Both the position numbers and the translations under genes were made by a program. A stretch of 64,000 nucleotides of DNA from Octopus vulgaris. Taxonomy: Eukaryota. The stretch lies in the NCBI GenBank assembly GCA_951406725.2, contig OX597818.1, positions 108,066,001 to 108,130,000 of the forward strand, in the 5' to 3' direction. The notes under the pieces are model-generated. The model did not search any database, had not been told where the DNA came from, and saw nothing but the letters and a program-made list of their open reading frames with translations. Positions 38,831-51,400 of this stretch are shown piece after piece. How positions within the stretch are numbered: the first letter of the stretch is position 1; each line of letters opens with the position of its first letter.

Positions 38831-40409
38831 GTACATGATAAGGAGAAAATTCTGTAGAATTAACCACTTCAAGAACATTCAACACACAAAGATTAGAAGT
38901 CAATCAGTAATTTCGGGACCTCAGAAATTTTTAGGGAGCTGAGTATGGTAGAGGCCAACAGCAGCCTTGACATCAAAGACTACTGGTTCACTATCCCCAG
39001 ACATACACACACCATTCTAACAGAAAAGGTTCACCTGTCATGTTTTCTGTTTTATGCAACAATGCTTCTTGCCAAGTTTCATGAAACTATTCCAAGATTA
39101 GAAGGGAAAGAAATGGTAGGGCTTTGTATCAGTCTACTTTTGCTTTTCACTCGTTAAATCTCTTAATTTAAGGGAAATGATAATCATATTCAAAGATAGG
39201 TGGACTTTTAAACTATTCACTGGTTAGAGAACTCTAACATACCAAATGACAACTTTGAGGTTTTGTGTGTAACACGAGCACAAAATGTGTCCACAACGTT
39301 CTAACTTCAGCACCAATATTTCATATGACATAAATCTTGAAAAATTGGCAAAGTTGCTAAACGTTTTGAGACACTTTAGCTGTTACTTGTGAAGACACAC
39401 GTTCTGCTGATGCAAATAGATTCCACATCACCCAAAAGCTAACCCTAGTTAGACTCTGAGAGTGTGGTGGGTGCTTTTACGTGCCACCGGCATGAGGGCC
39501 AATCAGGCGGTTCTGGCAGCGATCCTGCTCAAAAGGTGTTTTTTACGTGCTACCTGCACAGGAGCCAGTCTAGTGCCACTGGCAACGACCACGCTTGAAT
39601 ATTGTTTTTCATGTGCCAGTAAGGCAATGCTGATATATATATATATATATATAGATGCAGCACGGACTTTGTCAGTGAACAGGTCGCGGATTTTAGCGAC
39701 GAAAATATTTTGACAAATTAAACTTAAATGTTGAAGTGAATCGAACGGCTTTTGTGTGTTTCTTAAATGGCTTATAAACACCTTCCACGCTGCAATTATA
39801 TATATATATATCGTCAGGAAATCATAAATCTAAACGAGAAGCACACTCCAAGTTATAAAACAAAGAAATGCTGTAAAGCTAAGTGATTTATGGATGTGAA
39901 ACCCAGAGTAATCTTGTAGACCGGCTATAACTAGCTTTATCTGATATGTGTGTGTGTGTGTCTTTGTGTCTGTGTTTGTCCTCCATCACTGCTTGACCAC
40001 TGGTGTTGGTGTGTGTTTGCATTCCTTTAACCTAGCAGTTCAGCAAAAGAGACTGATAAAATATGTACCAGGCTTAAAAAACAAATACAGCTTCAATTCA
40101 TTGAAAATAACAGTTCTTGAAAGCCAGAGTCTATTATTAACTGAAGCAGCATAACATTCTTATTTATATATTTTTAAAATTTTCTTCTGAATTTATTCAA
40201 TTATCTAAAACTGGATCTAGATTTACAATCTGGTTTAGTTTTCATTGAGCCAAAAGATGAGTCACTTTATTTTGCAATTTCATGAGAAAATTCAATATGC
40301 ATAAAAATATTCATAAAATGTTTTCTACATGCAGTTTTCTTGCTATAAAGTTGCAATATTTCTAACAGATACAGAATTTATGTTAACTTTTGAAAACTTA
40401 TGTTCAGTT

Positions 40410-41101
40410 AGGCATGGTTATGTGATAAAAAGTTTTCTTCCCAACCACATAGTCCTGGGTTCAGCCCTACTGCATGACACCTTGGGCAACTGTCTTTTAC
40501 TATAGCTTCGAGCTGACCAAAGCCTTGTGAATAGATTTGGTGGACAGAAACTGAAGGAAGCCCATCATATGTGTGTATGTGTGTTTGTGTCTGTATTTGT
40601 CCCCCACTGGTGTTGGTTTGTTTATGTTTCCATAATTTCGTGGTTTGGCAAAAAAGTGACCAATAACATAAGAAACAAGCTTAAAAGAAAATAAATTTTT
40701 GCTTGTTCCTTCTTAAGCCACACCTGGCTCATAAGGGTCAGTTTCCTGGTTTCCTTGGCATATAGGTTCCCCACCGGTCTGTTGCAGATGAGCTGCAAGA
40801 TGCAAGAGGAAAGTGTGAGAGAAAGTTGTGGTGAAAGAGTAAGTAGAAGTTTGGCCATGACCTTCAGCCAGAGCCGCGTGGAGCTCAGGTGTTTCGCTCA
40901 TAAACACACACATCGCCTGGACTGAGATTCGAACCCGCAATCCCTCGACTGCGAGTTCGCTGCTCTAACCACTAGGCCATGTGCCTCCACTAGAAGATAA
41001 TAAGTACTGTGGTCTAATCATACAACTAAGAAATTCTTCAAGCTGTTGCCCCAGCATGGCCACAGTCTAATGACTGAAACAAGTAAAAGGATGAAAAGAT
41101 A
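40410..41101 (+). mobile_element. SINE family A interrupted by a nested SINE
   Basis: Family A head and body at 40410-40696; the tail resumes at about 40995-41101. Confidence 0.82.
40697..40989 (-). mobile_element. tRNA-derived SINE (family C-related), nested
   Basis: Minus head GGAGGCACATGGCCTAGTGGTTAGAGCAGCGAACTCGCAGTCGAGGGATTGCGGGTTCGAATC has clear A and B boxes. Confidence 0.85.
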
Positions 41102-41973
41102 AATTACCTACAGTTTGATGTCGTTCATTCATAATTAAATACATAAACAAGAGAATTTTAAAGTTAGATGCACCCATAAATTTCAGAAAGCGGGGAAAAG
41201 AACCTACAAAAACAAAAAAAAAACAAAAAAGAACTGAAAAACAAAAAAAAAAAGTTTTATTGAATCATTTCGCAGTTAATGCAACAGTTTATAAGACTGC
41301 AGTAATTCATAAAAGGACAGGTTTTTTAAGTTAGTAAATCAGTGATTTACTCACAAGATCTGTTCACTCAATTATCCGTTTCTCTGATATATTTCGGCTC
41401 CGTCATTACCAACTGGCAGTTTGTGAGCAAACAGATATCAATACAACAACCAAGAATCCATGAAAATCACTACAAAAATCTGTAAAGGTATGTTCAAAGA
41501 TGATTTATCAATAAAAACTGTCTGGATTAACATTACCAGAAAATTTTCCAATATAGAATAAAATCTAACAAAGAACAGTAAAAGAAAGCAGTGAATTTAA
41601 TTATACACTACCTATTAAAAACAATCACATGCAAATATATTCCGCTAAGAATAACACACATACATACATACACACACACATACATACACACATACATACA
41701 CACATACATACACACATACATACATACGTACATACATACGTACATACGTACACACATACATACACATATACATACGTACACACATACATACACACATACA
41801 TACATACATACATACAGGTATGTATGGGTGTGTGTGTGTGAGTATATGTGCACTTATAGAGTGATAGATAGATAAACAGACACACAGACACACAGATATA
41901 CACTCACATGTACGTTTGTTTGTGTGTGTGTGCGCGTGTGTGTGTGTGTGTGTACATGTGTGTGTGTGTGTAC

Positions 41974-42005
<32 letters not shown>

Positions 42006-42059
42006 GGCTGCATCACCTAAAATATTCATTTTGAATTGGGGGAAAACATTTGATAGTTT

Positions 42060-42380
42060 TTATTCTTCTTCCTCCTCCTCCTCCACTTCTTCTTCTTCTT
42101 CTTCTTCTCTCTTCTTCCTCTCTTTCTTCTCTCTTCTTCTTCATTTTATTTTTCTCTCTTCTTTCTCCCCTCCTCCTCCTCCTCCTACTCTTTTTCGTCT
42201 CCTCTCTTCTTCTTCTTCCTCTTCTTCTCTCTTCTTTTCCCTCTTCTTTTTCCTCCTCCTCCTCTTCTACCTCTTCTTTCTCCCCTTCTTCTCTCTTCTT
42301 CTCTCTTCTTCCTCTCCTCTCTTCTTCTTCTTTCTTCTTCTTCTCCCCCCCCCCCCTTTCTTCTTCTTCTTCTTCTTCTG
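42060..42380. repeat. Polypyrimidine (CTT/CCT) tract
   Basis: About 320 bp that is almost purely C/T. Confidence 0.92.
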
Positions 42381-44111
42381 TTACAGCAATGTTCACTTGT
42401 AACAAATTACACGTCACATTGAAAGGGCCGCACATCAAACGGAAAAAGGCTTCAAAGGAAGAAGAAGAAAAAGAAGAAGAAGAAAAAATAATTTTAAACA
42501 AATTTACCATTGATTAAAATCTTCAAGGAAGGTTAAATATATCAATGGATTTACCATTAATGGAATTTGGTGAATGAAAGGAGGTATATAAATATATTAC
42601 AGCGAATAACACAAGACTGAGATTTATGGAGGATTAAACAAATAAAAAAAGCATATCATTTGATTAATAAACTAATACTAACCAAATATATTTTCCTGTT
42701 AATTTTTTTCATTTTTCTTATTTTTATTTCAGTTTTTTTTGTTTTCCTTTGTTTTATTTTTTACTTTTTTTTTTTTTTTGTTCTTTGTAAGTTAGAAGAA
42801 TTATAATTAGCTATATTTCAAAATATTTTCCGTATAATAACTAATAGTTCGTTTCAACTATTTCTATCATTAAAAACATGATATAAAAATAAAACACAGC
42901 CTTCTACTGAACTAATACTTACTTGTTTATTCCTTTCATTGGAGAGAATTTCTATTGATAAAGAAATAAAATGAAGATATAACCCACCCACTTCACATAG
43001 AAAAAAAAAAAAAAATTTCAAGAGGAAATTCTTCAATACACACAGAAACAAATCAGTCGAAGTTTGAGGTTATATTCACAACTAAAATTCTCAGTTAAAA
43101 GCACCGGTATAAATCAATTTCAAGAATAAAAGCTATTTTATTTCATTCGCCTCATTTATTCAGAAATTGATGGCAATATTTTTAGCATTTATATGTATGT
43201 ATGTGTATATGTATGTATGTATGTGTGTATGTATGTATGTATGTATGTATGTATGTATGTATGTGTGTATGTATTTTTCTCCCCCACCCCACCCCATTAT
43301 ATTAAATATCTTATTTTCTATTAAATGTATTTGTTATATTTGTTAGATTACATAATGAATATGCATGGAAATCTGTCGGAAATTTTAATAGATTGGTGAA
43401 AAAGATATCATATACAAACTATATTTTATTAGAGATATTTCAAATAAACATTATCATTATATCTAGACTATTTTATCTGCTAGACTATTTTTTTTTGTTT
43501 GCATTTTGTTTTGTTCTTCTTCTCCTTCTTGCTATTTTTTTTCTTTTTGGTATAATAGAAAAAAGCAAACACTTATTACGGTTGGCTAATAGTCAATCAT
43601 AATTTTCAAATATCAGATGTGTGTGTAGTATGTTATAACCAGATATTATCGTTGGTTCTACTTGTTTAGCATTTCAACCAACTCTGAAGTAATTGTGCTC
43701 TACACCATCTTGGCTACAAATTGAAATAGTTCTTGCTTTCTTTTCTCAGAATTCTGTTTTCACAGGATAACCTTACACATATTCACGTACACACTGAAAT
43801 ACACACAGAGTTGTTAACATTTACGAAACACACAAATCCTTAAATATATTTTTCTTTCATTAATATTTGAACCATAGATTAAACAACAAAATAATCACCT
43901 AAATTGCTCCATTTAACAGTGTAGCTTCTCTTAAATATTCCTACCATCTTTAAAAACCACCTACTTTCGGTTCTAAATGCTTTGACATGTTCTGTGCTAA
44001 TCAGAAGCATGGAAGCAAAATTTGCTTAGGGGCTGCAGTCGCAAGTTCAAACCTTTTTACAAACAAGGTCGATTTTCTCAATCTTAATATAAAAACAACC
44101 AAAGGTGTCAT

Positions 44112-45580
44112 CCTTATCGTCATTATTTTAACGTCTGTTGCCCATGCTGGCATGGGTTGGATGGTGTGACCAGAGCTGGCAAGCGGGGTGGAGGAGGCAG
44201 CACCAGACTCCAGTCTGATTTGGCATGGTTTCTAGGGCTGCTTGCCCTTCCTAATGCCATCCACTTCCCAAATTGTGTTGGGTGCTTTTACATGGTGTTG
44301 CACAAGCACTTTTATTTGGTGCCACGTGGGCACTTTTACATGGCAACACATCAACGCTTTTACATGGCATTGCACAGGTGCGCTTACATGACACCACATG
44401 GGTACTTTTACTTGTTGCCACATGAGTGCTTTGACATGGTGTAAAGCACTTGTGGCACTGCCATGAGTGCTTTACACCACCGGAAGGATTGGTCTTAGCA
44501 CTTTTGCTGTGAAGTACAGGTCTTCTTGAGTATGGCAAGGCACCAGGTATTTCAGTCCTTTGTCATCTCACCTGAAAGGTTCCTGAGGCCATTCTTCAGT
44601 ATGCCATCCCATGTTTTCCTAGATCTCCCTCTTCCACATGTTCCATCTACTGGTTCTTTTTTATGGAGCTGTCAGCATCCATCTGCATCACTTGACCTTA
44701 CCAGTGCACTCTTCTCTCTTGCACACAGCAACCAATTCCTCTTATGTCTAACTTCTCTCTCAGAACACTGGCACTCTGTTGAACATGTACACCTACATTA
44801 CACATCCAGCTGACCATACTAGCCCCATTCCTCTCTAACCTTTGCAAATCCCCTGCATTCATGGTCCACATCTCACTACCACATAGAACTGCTGTCCATA
44901 TACATGCATCATACAATCTTCCTTTCACTCAGAGAGAGAGAGAGTGAGAGAGAGACCTTTCATGGCCAACAGGGGTAACAGCTTTCTGAATTTTCTCCAA
45001 CCTATTTTTATTCAAGCTATCACACTCTCTGTGCATCCTCCCCACCCATTACTAATTTGGTCCCCTAGGTAGATGAAATTATCCACTACCTCTCATTAGC
45101 CACCAGGGCCTTTGAGAGAATCAATTTCCCAAGTTTCTATAGTTTTTAAGTATCCTGTGCATTTAGAAGTTCCCAGGAGCTGCTGATCTTGAATTCCTCT
45201 GTTATGGCCTGGAGAACAATTATGAAAAGGAAGGGACTAAGAACTGCACCTTGATGAACCCTTATCTGTACACTAAATTCTTCTCTGTACTCATGGTTAA
45301 CTCTCACCTTACTGACAGCATTTTTGTACATGGCCTGTACAGCTTTCACCAGCCACTCTTCCACCACTAGCCTCCGCAGAGACCACCTTATAACACAGTG
45401 GGGTACTCTGTTGAAGGTTTTCTCTAGATCAGTGAATGCCAGGTATAATGGCTTATTCTTAGCTAAGTACTTCTCTTGCAATTGCCTGACTATGAAAATA
45501 ACATCAGTAGTGATTTTTCCTCGGACAAAGCAGCATTTCATCTAGACTAATTCTGCCCTTAATTGATTGGGCAATAACTC
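44112..45580 (-). mobile_element. Old RTE LINE, 5'-truncated with an internal deletion
   Basis: ORFs 45146-45541 (VRQLQEKYLAK..DLEKTFNRV..VHQGAVLSPFLF) and 44698-44928 (KGRLYDAC..GSEMW) are homologous to the 47275-49957 element; degraded UTR at the left. Confidence 0.9.
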
Positions 45581-47064
45581 TCACTGCAATTTTCATCATC
45601 TGAGGAGTATCATAATTATTATTATTAGTATTATATTTGGACATCATTTAAATCAGATGAATCTAAAAAGTTTTCTACTTTCATTCACTTTGATGATGAA
45701 GATTTTCAGGAGGATGTTCAAAGTGCTTTTATTGTACCCCCACTTTCAATATTTTAGTGGTGGGGTGTCCTTGCACCTCGTCACTTCCTGTCCCAAAGCT
45801 GAATTGGTCAAGACTAACAGTCCGAATTATTAGCTTTTCTCTATATTAAATCTGTATAAATAGTGCTGGATAAAGTTAAACACAAATATTAAGGTTCTTT
45901 TCACCTTTCTACAACATTCAATATGTCTTTTTATAGTCTAAAAATATTTGGGGTTTGCTTCCAACACCAAAAGAGAACATTATGTGTCTAACAAGACAGG
46001 CATTATAATATTCACTTAGTTGGCTCTCATTTATCTTTCCAGCAATTACAAAACCACATACATTCTCTCAGTCAAAGTATTTATACATCAGCCAATATAC
46101 AGAATCGTCTGGTGGTTTACTTTTAAGGATTTGTCTGTCTAGGTCTGTTTTTCCATGCTGTTGGCATCATAAGAATGTTATGAAGTTTTGGTAGAACATA
46201 GAATAAACATTTTGTTTTTGTCTTTTTGGGGGGAGGGGAACAGATCTCAAAGGATGAATAAGTCTCCAAATAACACCAAGTAAATATTATTGAGTTGAGA
46301 AACCCTTTTGCACAGAACAAGCCAAAGATTGCCTACTGTTTACATGCTATCATTTATAGCATTATATGCTTCAAGATCCAATATTGCAAAATGGAATTAT
46401 TTACAAATTGAGATATTGTTTTATATCTGGATTCCATTCCTGTCATTAATTTATCTGTTTTTCAAGAAACAGGTTCCTTTATTCTTCTTACCTTTCCAGG
46501 GAATCCATTGCATGCGACTATAATTATTTTATGAACTGCAGTTTCTGAAAATTGCTTTATAGGGAGCAAGTTGAGAAAGTAATAGACATAAATTTCATTT
46601 CCTTCATGTTAGAGAAACTGTAGCAGAACTGTAATTTAGAAAAGGATTAATTTAGTTCCCTGCTTATTAAGCTCAACTTGCTTTAAATGGCATTAAAATC
46701 TACCGCAAACGACACCCTGCTGTCTTAAAAAGAGAGAAAGGACATTCAGACATACATAAGCACAAAGTCTTACATACACAGTCACAATAAAGGTCAGGGT
46801 GGGCATAACTGGAGCACATAGCAATAATAATACAGAAGACAGTTGAATAATTCTGACAGACGGTGGCTAAATCTACCTATGAGGTACATCATTATTAATG
46901 TTAGTAAGGCAGCGAGCTGGCAGAAGTATTAGCATGCTGGGTGAAATGCTTAGTGGTATTTTGTCTGTGCTATGTTCTTTGTCTATCTTCTTACCTTCTT
47001 GGAGATTTCAGGCAAAATTATACTAATGAGTCCATCTGTTCTAATTTAATTAAATTCCGTCTTT

Positions 47065-47152
47065 GTGCAGCTGAGGATTGCTCTGCATTTAAATTGATGT
47101 AATGGTTGCATTGTTCAATTAAATGGAGTTGCATGAAACGATCATACTGCAT
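47065..47152 (+). ncRNA. Hammerhead motif with extended stem II
   Basis: GTGCAG-CTGAGGA-[57 nt, catttaaattga/tcaattaaatg helix]-GAAAC-GATC-ATA-CTGCAT. Stem I is 6 bp, the loop GATC is palindromic, and GTA appears decayed to ATA. About 30 nt of tail precede (TA)n. Confidence 0.72.
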
Positions 47153-47196
47153 TACCTCTGGATATCCTTGTTGCTTACTTTGATATATATATACTT

Positions 47197-47262
<66 letters not shown>

Positions 47263-47274
47263 TATAGAATATAT

Positions 47275-49349
47275 CGACCTAGAATAACGTGGTGGTGGAA
47301 CAACATTGTAGACAGGGCTATTAGAGAAAAGAGACAGGCTTGGAAGGTCTGGAAAAATGGGGGTAGCAGGGAATTGTATCAGACTGCCAAAAGAGAAGCT
47401 AGGAGACAGGTTTATTTAGCCAGAGGGGAAGCAGATAAGAAAAAATTTGCCAATGTTCTGCGCCGTGAGGACCAAAAACTGGAGGTGTTTCGTGTTGCAA
47501 GACAGTGTGTGAGAGAGAATCGTGATGTGGTAGGAGAGAAGTGTGTTCGCATGGAAGATGGTTCACTTGCGCTAAATGAGGATGCAAAGAGAGAGGTTTG
47601 GAGATGCCACTATGAAAGGTTGCTGAATGAAGAAAATGAATGGGATAAAGAGAGTCTGCCGAATGTTGACCCAACAGAGGGACCAGCTATCCGAGTTGAT
47701 AGTTCTGTGGTAGCTAAGGCAATTAGAAGCATGAAGACAGGGAAAGCCCCAGGCCCATCAGGAATCACTGCAGAGATGCTCAAAATGTCTGGTAGTGTTG
47801 GCTATAGCCTAGTCACCCATATAGTTAATCAGGTGATACACAAAGGGGTCATACCCAATGACTGGTGTAGCAGTATAATAGTCAACTGCTACAAAGGTAA
47901 AGGTGATGCCCTAGATACAAATAACTACAGAGGTATCAAGCTGTTGGACCAGGTGATGAAGGTTACAGAGAGGGTCATAGCCCAACTAATTAGAGAGAGA
48001 GTTAGTTTAGATGAGATGCAGTTTGGGTTTGTGCCAGGGAAAAGTACTACTGATGCTATATTCCTGGTAAGGCAGCTGCAGGAGAAATACCTAGCCAAAG
48101 ATAAGCCCCTGTACCTGGCTTTTGTTGACATGGAGAAAGCCTTCGACAGGGTCCCCCGATCCCTTATCTGGTGGGCAATGAGAAAACTAGGGATAGATGA
48201 ATGGTTAGTGAGAGCTGTGCGGGCCATGTATAGGGACGCCGCTAGTAGGGTGAGGGTTGGAAATGAGTACAGTGAAGAATTCCGGGTAGAGGTAGGGGTC
48301 CACCAAGGCTCAGTACTCAGCCCCCTCCTATTTATCATAGTCCTCCAGGCAATAACGGAGGAATTCAAGACAGGATGCCCTTGGGAGCTCCTCTATGCTG
48401 ATGACCTTGCTCTAATTGCTGAGTCGCTATCAGAACTGGAGAGAAGTTTCAGGTGTGGAAACAAGGATTAGAATCGAAGGGCCTTAGAGTCAATCTAGCT
48501 AAAACCAAAGTCGTAATCAGTAGGAAGGTTGACAAATCACAAACACCTTCAGGTAGATGGCCCTGCTCGATCTGTAGAAAAGGTGTAGGTAGAAACTCTA
48601 TAAGATGCACCAAGTGTAAGCTATGGACACATAAGAGATGCAGCAATGTCAAAGGAAGGCTAACTAGGAAGATGGTTTTTGTATGTGGCAGATGCTCAGG
48701 AACAATAAACACTGAAAATGCTCTGAGACCAACTTCTGTCACTTTCCAGGGAGAAAAACTAGAAATAGTTGATAGTTTCCGTTACCTAGGTGACCAAGTC
48801 AGCAGCGGGGGCGGGTGTGCTGAAAGTGTAACTGCTAGAGTAAGAATAGCTTGGGCAAAGTTCAGAGAGCTCTTACCTCTGCTGGTGACAAAAGGCCTCT
48901 CGCACAGAGTGAAAGGCAGACTGTATGATGCGTGTGTACGAACAGCCATGCTACATGGCAGTGAAACATGGGCCGTGACTGCTGAGGATATGCGTAAGCT
49001 CGCTAGAAATGAAGCCAGTATGCTCCGATGGATGTGTAATGTCAGTACTCACACTCGGCAGAGTGTAAGTACCTTGAGAGAAAAGCTGGACCTAAGAAGC
49101 ATCAGTTGTGGTGTGCAAGAGAGACGTTTGCGCTGGTATGGTCATGTGGCGAGAATGGATGAAGATAGTTGTGTGAAAAAGTGCCACGCCCTAGCGGTTG
49201 AGGGAACCTGTGGAAGAGGCAGACCCAGGAAAACCTGGGACGAGGTGGTGAAGCACGACCTTCGAACTTTAGGTCTCACTGAGGAAATGACTAGAGACCG
49301 AGACCTCTGGAAGTGTGCTGTGCGCGAGAAGACCCGGCAGGACAAGTGA
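47275..49349 (+). pseudogene. RTE reverse transcriptase ORF split by a 1-bp frameshift near 48440
   Basis: ORFs 47374-48471 and 48453-49349 join as ..LSELE/KFQVWKQGLESKGL. Confidence 0.93.
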
Positions 49350-49957
49350 GTCCACAACCCGTGGCCTTCTACATGGGATGGAGCCAGCCTACGTATGCAT
49401 ACCTTCCCTTCTTGGGACACAAAACTCTACTTGTGAAGACGTGTTGAGGCAAGTGAGGATCAGAATCGAAATCGATCAATGGAAATTGCGGATGTGCTAC
49501 CAGTGCCGGTGGCATGTCGAAACTCTGCTTGTGAAGACCCATTGAGGCAAGTGAGGATCAGAATCGAAATCGATCAATGGAAATCGATCAATGGAAATTG
49601 CAGATGTGTTACCAGTGCCGGTGGCATGTAAGAGAACTTTCCGTTTCGCGACCGTTGCCAGCACCGCCCGTTTCGTGTCCGTTGCCAGCCTCGCCTGGCC
49701 CTCGTGCCGGTGGCACATAAAAAGCACCATCCGTTCGTGGCCGTTTGCCAGCTCTGTCTGGCACCAGTGCGGGTGGCACGAAAGCACCCACTACACTCAC
49801 GGAGTGGTTGGCGTTAGGAAGGGCATCCAGCCGTAGAAACACTGCCAGATTTGACTGGGCCTGATGAAGCCTTCTGGCTTCACAGACCCCAGCAGAACCG
49901 TCCAACCCATGCTAGCATGGAAAACGGACGCTAAATGATGATGATGATGATGATGAT
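47275..49957 (+). mobile_element. RTE-clade LINE, young, 5'-truncated (no AP endonuclease), one frameshift
   Basis: WWWN linker; RT motifs NYRGIKLL, QFGF, FVDMEKAFDRV, GVHQGSVLSPLLF, YADD and FRYLG; C-terminal RRLRWYGHV..RGRPRKTW; ~600-bp 3' UTR and (GAT)n tail. Confidence 0.97.
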
Positions 49958-50390
49958 ATCATCATCATCATCGTTTAACATCCACTTTCCATGCTGGCAT
50001 GGGTTGGTCGGTTTGATTGCAGACTGGTGAGCCAGATGGCTGCACCAGGCTCAATCTGATCTGGTACAGTTTCTACAGCTGGACACCATTCCTAATGCCA
50101 ACCACTCCGAGAGTGTAGTGGGTGCTTTTACGTGCCACTGGCATGAGGGCCAGTCAGGCGGTTCTGGCAACAACTACGCTCAAAAGGTATTTTTACATGC
50201 TACCTGCACAGGAGCCAGTCAAGCAGCACTGGCAATGACCATGCTTGAATGTTGTTTTTCATGTGTCACTGGCACATATGCCAGTAAGATGAAACTGGCA
50301 ATGATCATGCTTGAATGGTGCTTTTCATGTGTCACTGGCATGGGAGCCAATCCATGGCCCTGGCAACAATCACGCTCAGATGTGCTTGAC
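49958..50390 (-). mobile_element. RTE 3' UTR fragment, tail to tail with the long RTE
   Basis: Junction (GAT)n-(ATC)n, followed by the reverse UTR. Confidence 0.88.
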
Positions 50391-50564
50391 TATCACGCAA
50401 AACAGTATATCTTGCAAACAACTTGCACATGCAAGTGCTACCAGTTAAAAGCTCCGTATATCGGAAGCTAGCAAGTGTATGGGGTCATCAGGAGAGAATG
50501 CGCGCCGTTTCGGGGCCTACCTCTCGACGGCATATTTTTTTTATTATTTATATAATTTGTATAT

Positions 50565-50916
50565 GGATGGAAGCACTCCGTCAGTTACGATGACGAGGGT
50601 TCCAGTTGATCCGAATCAACGGAACAGCCTGCTCGTGAAATTAACATGTAAGTGGCTGAGCACTCCACAGACACGTGTACCCTTAACGTAGTTCTCGGGG
50701 ATATTCAGCGTGACACAGAGAGTGACAAGGCCAGCCCTTTGAAATATAGGTACAACAGAAACAGGAAGTAAGAGTGAGATAAAGTTGTGGTGAAAGAGTA
50801 CAGCAGGGATCACCACCATCCCCTGCCGGAGCCTGGTGGAGCTTTAGGTGTTTTGAAACCGTGATCCTATGACCGCGAGTCCGCTGCCCTAACCACTGGG
50901 CCATTGCGCCTCCACC
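50565..50916 (-). mobile_element. tRNA-derived SINE family C with 11-bp target-site duplication
   Basis: Head GGAGGCGCAATGGCCCAGTGGTTAGGGCAGCGGACTCGCGG; TSD AATTTGTATAT at 50554-50564 and 50917-50927. Confidence 0.9.
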
Positions 50917-51023
50917 AATTTGTATATATTTATTTTATCATAAATACAAAACAACACCACAGAGGAATTCACATAAGCTTAAATAATTAACCACAATAGG
51001 CAAACCGCAATATGGTACGGGAT

Positions 51024-51182
<159 letters not shown>

Positions 51183-51189
51183 TGTATAT

Positions 51190-51400
51190 GTGTGTCTGTG
51201 TGTCTGAATTTGTCCCTACCACCAACTGACAACCGGTGTTGGTGTATTTATATCCCCATAACTTAGTGGTTCAGCAAAAGAGACACATAGAGTAAGTACC
51301 GGGCTTTAAAAACAGAAGTACTTGAGATTCCGCAAGGCAGTGCCCCAGCATGGCCACAGTCTAATGACTGAAACAAGTGAAAGATAAAAGAATAAGAAAA
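51190..51400 (+). mobile_element. SINE family A, 3' part
   Basis: CAAAAGAGAC..AAGTACC..CCCCAGCATGGCCACAGTCTAATGACTGAAAC. Confidence 0.8.

Noticed and set aside
40915-40989. tRNA gene
   Set aside because: The tRNA-like head continues into a SINE body and lacks a proper acceptor stem; the same holds for 4620 and 50850-50916.
43964-43985. miR-10-3p-like TTCGGTTCTA
   Set aside because: Short match only, with no precursor hairpin or 5p arm.
48398-48410. CTGATGA core match
   Set aside because: It is the YADD codons of the RT; similar isolated matches near 2503, 5463, 7105 and 18005 lack partner elements.
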